NCBI GenBank assembly: GCA_002269645.1
Contig: NIVC01000734.1
Location: forward strand, 62,001 to 126,000
Source of the DNA: Macrostomum lignano
Taxonomy: Eukaryota
Direction of reading: 5' to 3'
Length of the DNA stretch: 64,000 nucleotides
The translations under genes were made by a program, and so were the position numbers. The notes under the pieces are model-generated. The model saw only the letters and a list, made by a program, of their open reading frames with translations, was not told the origin of the DNA and searched no databases. Shown piece after piece: positions 55,362 to 64,000 of this stretch (the stretch's first letter is position 1; every line of letters starts with the position of its first letter).

Positions 55362-58300
55362 CGGGGGGGGGGTTTCGGCCATCGGCGATTCGGTAGTATC
55401 TGGCTCCGTACCAGCGCCAAGACTTTCCTCACCATCTGGTTCCTCACCAGTCTGAGCGCTTGCCGACCCCGCCTCCTCTTCCTCCTGGACGGCAACTGGA
55501 GCGGCTTCACCGTCGATGGGCAATTGGGGTAGAGCATCTGACGGCACAGTCACCGACGATCTCGAACTCGATGGAGTCTCACTAACCCGGTCATAGGAGA
55601 GCTCAATAGGCATCTCGTAAAGACGAGTTCGCCCCAGATCAGTTCCGCTCTGAGATTTGTCCCATAAAATAATTCAATAACCGGAGAGTTTGACCCAGCT
55701 GCTTTGTTGTGAGTTTTGCCTGGTCTAAGCGAAAATTTTTTTGTTAACCATGCTGTAGTACCCCGATCTGGATGTAGTAGTTTAGCTATCTTGCTATTTA
55801 AATTGTCAACGTTGTCAATAGAGAAGTCTTGTTCATTGAGTGTTGTTTGTACTACTACCGTGTCTTGACCTAGTTCCTGGAACGATACTTTTTCCTGTCC
55901 TCGCTCAATCTTGGTTAGCCGGTCACTACTGTTAAGTAATCGGACCAGCACATGGTTTGACTGGTTTGACATGTCGACAGAGCGGGCTACTAGGCACTCG
56001 GTGTCGGTGTTGAAGATTTTGCATTGAATGATTCCTTGAAAATTTGGAGCATTGTCTAAAACCCAACTTGGTACTAAAGTTTCGGATTGTGGTGGTAATT
56101 CTGTGGTGCACCCAGCTACCACACGGCGGAGACGGAAGATACCCTTGTCCCCTTCAACTAGTGGGACAGCTTCACCTGCAACAAGGGCTCTGCCTTCGGT
56201 GAAGTCAATCACAACCTGGAAACTTCGAAGGAAGTCGATTTCGAGCAGATCCTCTGCAGTCGACTCTTGGGTGACAAGGAAGACATGAGTCTTGCTTAGC
56301 TTCCCTAGTGTTACTTCACACCTCAGCGCTCCCAGTATCTGAGTTGTTGAGCCATTGAATGCTGCGGCAGTAGTATGTTTTCGGCTTGAAGTGAAGATAT
56401 TATTAATTGGATTCGCAGAGACAAGGCGCTCCATCACCTGCTGGCTTATAACACTCGCGTTGGCTCTCCCCGATTACCAACTGAACAAAGTAACTAGACT
56501 CGAAAGATTGGTCCTCAACTGGATTTACCTGACCACACTGCACTTGTGAAGTATCCTGACACTGCGTGACAGAACAGGCCTGGTCATGTTCACGACCTGG
56601 AGCAACCTGACTTTGGAACTGCACCCTAGTGCCAATGATCTGGCGGTGCTCTGCCAGTTGGTGCAGCAAGCCCGAAAGTTGGCTATGATGAACAAACAGC
56701 TTCTCTGGTAGTTGTTCTAACTGGATAAACCCGTATTTCTGATTCCAAGAAACAATTCTCCAAAATTCTGATGTGGTACTAATAGAATGTTGGCCCACTT
56801 TTGGCCCCCTGGCACTGTTCTAATTCGCTGGCGGACATGGGCAGTCAGCGACCAGGTGATCAGTGTTCCCGCAGCGATGGCACGCTCTTGGCTTTGCAGA
56901 TGGGGGTTTTGGCTTTGCATAGGGTTAGATTGCTGGCTCACCTGCCTGACAAAAGCTGGATTACCAATTCCTACAGCGGTTGAAGTCAGGGCCGCTGGGA
57001 ATGTCGGCGGTGGGTTATCATGTTGGTGACTCCTGACCTGCTGCTGTTGATGCAATATGTTTTCAAGTTCAGCTACCCTGGCCTCTAAAGCATCCTTAAC
57101 TGGGTCAACTGATCGGAAGTTAGCAGTTGCACCTGCTGTTGGTGCTGGAAATGGATGCAACAACTCCTGCACCCCCACCATACCTTTAGCTTTTTGGACT
57201 AGATCAGCTGAGGAGACTCCAAGTGTTTCTTGACTCCACAGAATCAGTCTCTCGGCCAATGCCTTGTTTCGCAGCCCATGACAGAACCTGGCTTTTAGCA
57301 GCGGCTCAGCCTGGTTTACTGACATGCCTGCTGAGTGAGAATAAGATACTAGACAGTCATAGAAGTCTAAGATAGTCTCTGTACTATTTTGGACGGCTGC
57401 TATAAGCTCCATATAACTTTTCTGTTGAAGGTTAACATCAGTATAGCGGTTGCGCAGTGCCTAAAGCGCCTTTGAACATGCATTTTTATCAAGCTCATTA
57501 TTGAGGAAAAATTCTTAACACTGGCGACAAGAGGGAAAGTAAAGATGACTGACTGTTGTTCAGGAGGTACCTGATGGGCAGATAATTAGTATGCCAAAAA
57601 TTGTGCTTCCCAAACATCAAACTTCATATTGGCTGAATAAGGTGGTGGTGGCCACAACCGAACCATACTAGCCTTGCTGCTCCTTTACTGCTTAGTGATC
57701 CTCTAGCATGCGGTGCAGAGAAGCTAGTGTGTTTGCAAGTAAGAGGTTTGTTGAATGTGATGATTCATCTGTATTTAGGCCCACATATGAATCATGTGAA
57801 TCCGACATTGATTCGCCAGATTTCACTTCTCCTGGAGCTCGTGTGGCCCTATCATCAGCTGCACCAAGAGCCTCCTCCCCAGCCTCAGTTGACATAATGC
57901 TCAAGACAGAGTGATGCAGAGGAAAATGAAGAAAGCAGATAGAAAAGCACACACAAATACAAAAAAAGAAATTTCTGGCAGAGAAATTAAGAAAACCAAA
58001 AAAATAGCCTAAATCCTACTTCTAGAACAAGCATGCAACCCACAAGCAAGGCTAATCTGCCAGACGGTCCCTAGTAGCAGGCAAAAAGGGGCTTACCTGG
58101 AAATAGATTTGATTGATCTTATGCCAAGTTGTAGACCTAGGTGCCAAGCTGTAGGCCTAGTGTAGACCTGGATGCCAAGCTGTAGAACAGATGCAATCGC
58201 AGACTCAGTTAAAGAAGACAAATTAAACAGTTGTCAATTCCGATAATAGCCAAACCAATATTGTAGAATGTAGAGCAGATGTAGCCCTTGAAGTGCAGAA

Positions 58301-58821
58301 TCCAGATGCAATAATAAACCAGTTGGGATTGTTAACGTAATTAATTCAGTGTCTCGGTGAGACCTTTTTTTAAATGAGACGAATTTAATCTGGCGCAGCG
58401 TAGCAGTCCTTGGCAGAACAAGACCAAACAGAGAACAGAAAAATGCAAGTAGTAGCGCAGTCCAATATGCAATTAAACTGATATATTTTTTCTTGCTTAG
58501 TTGGCCAAGTTTATTATACGAAGTATTTTTTAGTAGCGACGAAAAACGATCAGTTAATATAATAGATCAAAACGATAGATGATACAGCGAATTGTCATCA
58601 GTGGCTTAGATTGAAATATACGAGTAACATCATAAGAGAGGGTATAACACCGCAGGAAAACACTGAGTCGGGCTTGCCGCTTATTGCCTCAGCTTAGAGC
58701 ATTCGGACGCAGATTCGACAGAGAGCCGAAACCCACATTTAAAAGTATTTCACTTGGCCATATGAATAAAGCGAGCAATAACTGGTGAGTTTCACCTCAA
58801 ACTCTGAGATTGTGCAAGAGC
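55361..58821 (-). mobile_element. Second copy of the degenerate Gypsy-like element (right arm of palindrome)
   Basis: Near-identical reverse complement of 50850-54171 with the same frameshifts, plus arm-specific indels. Confidence 0.8.
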
Positions 58822-59112
58822 ACGAACTCAAGATATATTCCGAACGCATTAAAAACAAGCGAAGCTAGACTCACCAAAATCCTTATGGACGAAGTTTTTC
58901 CAAAGGCCTTTCATCAGGTATCCGGCGGCAAACCTGAAGCTAGGAAGGTAGTGTGGTACGGTCCAGAGTACACCTACGGTGGCACAACGATTGAGGCCAA
59001 CGATGCTTGGCACCCCGTAGTGACTCACTTAGCTTCCTGGCTGCACGTTGAGCTTAAGCTTCTATTGCCAAACTCGTGCCTGATCAACTTCTACAAGGAT
59101 AGCACAGTTTCG
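58822..59112 (+). pseudogene. Second AlkB-like fragment (paralogous to 54479-55361), lacking HxD
   Basis: ARKVVWYGPEYTYGG..WHPVV..PNSCLINFYKDSTVS; fused in frame to the downstream LINE sequence. Confidence 0.7.
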
Positions 59113-62100
59113 GCGGCACAAATACGGCGAGACCCCACAACCGAAGTCACCAAGGCGCCCAGGCCAAGAGCGGAGAGCCAGTCAAGAGTAAGAAAGGACG
59201 AGGACAAAGACGATATCGAGACAGGCAGGAGCGACAGCCCTGATAGCAGCAGCGAGGAAGCGCCGCCGGAACCGACGCTGGGAATCAGAGAGAGCCACCC
59301 CAGGAGCAGAAGGCCGGAGAACTCACCACTACACCCGCGAGGTAAAGATCAGCGAGACCCCGCCCTCCGCAACCGAGGGGCTGAATCAAGCTCCCGGGAA
59401 GAGGACACGCTGACCAGAGCACCCCCCACGGAGGAGGAGCCGGAAAGCGGCCCCAGCGAGAACACCACGGGTCGGCAGCTAGGAGAGGCGAGCAAGCGCA
59501 CAGCACCAGCCCGGAAGGCCCCCAGGTTGTGGACCACCCAGGAGGACAAAGTGGCGGAGAAGGACGCTTCCAATCCGACGCGCGGAAAAGAGAAAGGCTC
59601 CACAGAAGCGTGCCGCCAGTGTCACAGGAAAATACGCAGCGACCATAGAGGGCTACAGTGCCTGGGCTGCGGGTCGGTCAGCCACCGTGCATGCACCGGC
59701 CTTACCAGATTGCGGCGCGAGCAGCTGATCAGCTGGACCTGCCAAAACTGCTGCAGAAGCAGTACCGGTAAGGCGGAATATCAGGCCTCCAAGCCCAGCG
59801 GGACGCCACAGAGTGCAGAGAACAGCAGGCAGAAGGCGGGTCGGTGCGCCATCTGCCAGAAGCACAGGCGGAAGGGCCAAGGCACGGAGTGCAGCGGCTG
59901 CGCTAAGAAAATCCTCCGGCTCCGGCGCTCATACGAGGAAGCAACGAGACAAAATAAAGCACCTCGGATGGACCTGCGTCGAATTTCAGCAGCAGCCCAA
60001 AACGGGCAACAGCCATAAGCCGGAGCAGAAGGAGCAGGACACCAGGGACATAGAATAAGAAGCCCACAGGGCAGAGGACGCGAAACTCTCCTTTCTGCAA
60101 TGGAACTGCGATCATGTGAGGGCCAAAAAACCGGAACTAAGAGACTTCCTCCAACGTCACCACATTGACGCCGCGATGATTCAAGAAACCAAACTTCGCA
60201 GCGAAGACGGAGTTATTTCTATACCCGGCTACACCGCAATCAGAAAAGACCGAACGCGCACGGACGCTGATTAAAGAAGGCATCAGGTACGAAAAGGTCG
60301 AGCTCATTCAACGAACCGACGGAGAACACCTAGAACTACTCTGCGTAAAAGTCTTCCCTCCAGGACAGACGGAAGCCATTGGCCTGGCCAACGTGTACAT
60401 ACCACCTCAATCTTCGTCCCCGTTGAACCACAGAGAGCTCCACAATCTCCCCAGCGGAAACAACTGGATCATTGCCGGCGAACTCAATGCGCACCACGAG
60501 CTCTGGGACAACAACTGCCCCAGAGACTCCAGAGGGGAGGCATTCGTTGAATGGATGGACGACCACCTGTTCACGGCGCTCAACGACGGAGAGGCCACGC
60601 GAAACAGCAGAGATGGGAAATCGAGCACAGCACCAGACATCACAATGGTCCCAGCGGCCGACAGTCACCTCTGGAGCTGGACAGTGCAGAAAGAAATGAG
60701 CTCCGATCATCTGCCGATCATAATCCGGAGAGCGGGTACAGAAACAGAGGCGGCGGCAGAAAGAAAAGTGATATGCTGGAACTGGAGGAAGGCAAACTGG
60801 GAAAAATACCGAGAGGCGGTGGCTAACACGTTGACAGAACCAGGTCGGAGGCAAGATACCATCGAGCAGGAAGAAGGCAGAATCAAGCGGGCAATTCAGG
60901 AAGCAGCGCGGAAGCACGTCGGCACCATCGCCAGGAAAACACGTAACATAGATTTCGTCGAAGAGGACATCCTGGAAATGATGGAGAAGAAAGACAATGT
61001 CCGCGCGGCAGAAGGTATCAAATCGGAAGCCTGGAAATGGAAGGCCCTGGACCAAGAGATCAAGACAACCATGGCGGACCGCAAAAAAAGAACAATGGAG
61101 GCACCACCTGGACAAACATGCGAGCAACAGCAAGATGTGGACGCTGGTCAGCCAGTTAAGCAGAGCCAGGGCAAAAAGAGAGGAAGATCAAATCATGGAA
61201 CACGAGGGAAGGAAGTACAAATCGGACAGAGCGAAGGCGAACATCATCGCTAAAACATACGCTAAGGTCAGTACCTACCAAATAAAAGCAAACCACCGCT
61301 GGGCAAAAAAGCAAGCTAACGCAAGGCCCGGGATCCTGGAATGGCAACAGCCAAAGCCCGCGGACGACGAGGAGATCTCAGCGGAAGAGATTAGAGAGGC
61401 GCTAGATAAGACGGACAGCAACAGGGCGGCAGGCATGGATCACATCCACCCAAGCTGCTCAAGGAGCTGCCGAAGGCAGCCCTGGAAGAAGTCCGGAATC
61501 TGTTCATCTGTTCCGGAGCAAGCCTACGCACCATCGAACTGGCGAATGGCCCGCATTATCCCGCTGCTCAAAAAGGGAAAACCGGCCAGCGAAATAGGAT
61601 CGTACAGACCGGTAAGCCTGACCTCGTGCCTGGGCAAGCTGATGGAACGCGTGTTGGCAGCCAGAATCAGATCCACGCTCGAAGCCAACGGAACACTCAG
61701 CGACAACTAAGCGGGTTTCCGAGCAGGTCGGTCAGCCGAGGACCAGGTGCTCCGCCTCACCCAAGCCATTGACGATGCCTTCCAGAACAGAGAAAAAACC
61801 ATCCTGGCCCTGTTCCACTTCGAAAGGGCCTTCGACAAAGTGTGGAGAGACGGGCTCATCATTAAGCTGCTCAACACGGGTATCGGAGTCAAGCTTATTC
61901 TCTGGATCCAGGCCTTGCTGATGGACCGCAAAGCATGCGCCAGAGTAGGCAACGTCGATAGCAGGCGCGAAAGATTTCGGCAGGGTCTCCCGCAAGGATC
62001 CGTGCTATCTCCCCTGCTCTTTATTATCTACATCAACGACCTCCTCAAAAAACAGGAAAATATCGAAGGGCTAGAAGTCAGCGGCTACGCTGACGACCTA

Positions 62101-63850
62101 GCCACCTGGTCTTGCAACAGATCGCCAGATGTTGCGCTCGAAAGGCAGCAGCTAGCCACCAAGACAATCCAAGACTGGAGCGAAAAGTGGCTGATGCCGA
62201 TCTCAGTGCCCAAATGCACGCTCACCATCTTCAGCAACGACCCGGCCACGACGATACCTGCCGGGAAGGTCAAACTGAACAACCAGGAGATCCGGTGGGA
62301 AGAGCACCCTAAATTCCTGGGCCTCACGTATGACAGGAAGCTCAGTTTCAGCAAGCACGCGGAGACGGTAGTGACTAGCTGCAGGAAGAACCTAAACTTA
62401 CTCCGTAAACTAGCCGGTAGCGACTGGGGATGGCAACCGGAACTGGTACGTGACACCTACAAAGCCACAATCCGCAGCAACATCACGTACGGAGCTTGTG
62501 CTTGGACGCCTTGGATTTCCGCCCCAATTTGGCGGAGGCTCGAGGTGCTACAAAGGGAAGCTCAAAGAATCATCACCGGAGCGACGGACACAACACCGGT
62601 GGAAGCCCTGCGCTGAGAGAGCCAGCTGCAAGACCTCAAACCGCTGTGCACGGTTATCTGGGGCACCAAGCTCGACCGCTGGCTCCGACTGCCAGAGAAA
62701 TCCCGGAGGTACAAGACCGCAACCAAAAATGTACCGACAAGACTGAAGCGGATCGGTTGGCGCAAGGCAGCCCAGGAGGCGCTGAGGGAAGCCGGGTTCC
62801 TCGATCTGCCGAGAATCAAGGACGAGGAGGACGCCACACCCTGGAGCGGATGGCGTAAGGCCCTCATCGACGCCGAGGCAGACAGGCAAATAACGATGGA
62901 AGGCAACAAGTGCATGGCCAAGAGAAGGCTCCATGCCAACTGCCCGAAACCGGACTACACACTGTACACCAACGGCTTGGTCAAAAACGGCAGAGGAAGA
63001 AGCGGAGTGGCGATTTTCACCGGCGAAGCGGAGAAGGAGCCTCCGATCCAAACCATCGCCAGACCGGCGGGGACATCGCCTCCTCGTTACAAGCGGAGCT
63101 CGGGGCCCTGGCGGCGGCCCTAGAGTGGCTAGAGAGCAGGCAGGACTGGCAAACGGCCCAAATTGCCTCGGATAGCAAGAGCGGACTCCTGGCCATCAAA
63201 GGCTACGGCAGAAACCCCGTGGCGATCAACACCCGGAAGACGCTCGCGAAGATGATCAGCAGAGACAAGCAGCTTGCGCTGACATGGATACCAGCGCACT
63301 GCGGCCATCCCGGAAACGAGGCCGCCGACATCATAGCAGGCAACGCGACGGAGCTCGCCCAAGGTCAGACGCCGGTGCTAGCCAGCCTGGTCCAAGCACG
63401 CCTAGCAGCCAAAATGGCCAAAAAGCAAGGAAAAGACCGGCAGTGGGCTCACGTCCGAAGCAAGAACACCTACGGCACCGTCAGGTCTGCGCGCCACCCA
63501 CAGTTCAAGTCCCGGACCGAGGCGGTCAGCTTCTGTCTTTTTCGGACGGGCCACTCGCTGGAGCTCGAAGCCTATCAACTAAGGTTGAAAAAGGACACCG
63601 ACGGGCTCTGCTGGGAGTGTGGCCTGGAAGAAGAGACGGTGGTCCACGTCATCGAAGAGTGCCCCGCCACCGAGCTAGCCAGAAGGCAATACGGGCTCTT
63701 GCTTATGACGCACACGAACGAGCTACCCGAGCCGATCCTGAGCTACTGGAACTGGTACAGGTGCCGCCCCAAATGGAAGGAGAAGCTCGACGAGGTGTTA
63801 AATACGGCTCAGCTATAACAACAACAACAACAACAGCAACAGCAGCAGCA
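59113..63850 (+). mobile_element. Degenerate RNase H-bearing non-LTR retrotransposon (Ingi/I-superfamily-like): PHD-PHD-APE-RT-RNase H-CCHC, probably 5'-truncated
   Basis: PHD CRQC..CLGC..SHRAC..WTCQNC; APE FLQWNCD, IQETK, IAGELNAHH, SDHLP; RT QGSVLSP and YADD; RNase H AELGAL, SDSKS, WIPAHCGHPGNEAAD; zinc finger CWEC..ETVVHVIEEC. Stop codon runs into a (CAA)n(CAG)n tail at 63817-63856. Several in-frame stops (60056, 61708, 62614) and frameshifts. Confidence 0.9.
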
Positions 63851-63926
63851 GCAGCACAGCCCCCACACCTCCTCGCGGTGTGCTGTGGACACCCGCCCTC
63901 TCCCTGGGCTGGTGACGAAGGGGGGG
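63851..63926 (+). ncRNA. HDV-like self-cleaving ribozyme at the 5' end of a downstream Ingi-like element
   Basis: P1 GCAGCAC(63851-57)/GTGCTGT(63880-86) with G.U at the cleavage site; P3 ACC/GGT with L3 TCCTCGC; P1.1 CC/GG(63887-88); P4 CACC-GCCC/GGGC-GGTG; J4/2 A-C(63916)-GAA; P2 CCCCCAC/GGGGGGG with one mismatch. Confidence 0.88.
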
Positions 63927-63933
63927 CATACCT

Positions 63934-64000
63934 ATGGACTACTGCTGGGACTGCAAGAAGTGGAAGCTGATCAAAGCCGGAGACGTCGAGAGCAACCCGG
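63934..64000 (+). CDS. Start of LINE ORF with a 2A/StopGo peptide (MDYCWDCKKWKLIKAGDVESNPG...), cut by the window edge
   Basis: Exact D-V-E-S-N-P-G motif in frame with an ATG 8 nt after the ribozyme; the final Pro codon lies outside the window. Confidence 0.8.
   Translation, partial: MDYCWDCKKWKLIKAGDVESNP

Noticed and set aside
50850-58821. Palindrome as a pure foldback read artefact
   Set aside because: Arms differ by substitutions and by indels unique to each arm, which a chimeric read would not produce; haplotype misjoin remains possible.

Overview
Repeat-rich eukaryotic (invertebrate-like) DNA with GT-AG spliceosomal introns. Minisatellite-packed introns and GC-rich exons in AT-rich DNA are reminiscent of Macrostomum-type flatworms, but that taxonomic guess is weak. 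Host genes reconstructed by eye: VMP1 with an unusual N-terminal SAP domain (+, 3 exons); VCP/p97/CDC48 (-, 8 visible exons, one 1-nt frameshift, start exon not found); a secreted PAN-like plus ALK/LTK-type glycine-rich protein (+, 5 exons); and a signal-peptide ORF carrying about 15 x (xxRW-G-RR), resembling an RWamide neuropeptide precursor (-). Mobile DNA: three non-autonomous Helitrons of one family carrying different minisatellites, a Sola2-like element with a nested MITE, Tc1-like, foldback and other TIR elements, and Crypton-like fragments. Also present are an 8-kb palindrome of two degenerate Gypsy-like copies whose Gag carries a cold-shock domain, two AlkB-like ORFs, and a degenerate Ingi-like LINE. 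That LINE is followed directly by the head of another element with a well-formed HDV-like ribozyme and a 2A peptide. Two dispersed 63-nt copies of the 28S rRNA H69-H71 segment share the same boundaries. Most long ORFs in the supplied track are minisatellite read-throughs. All calls come from manual inspection; no searches were run.
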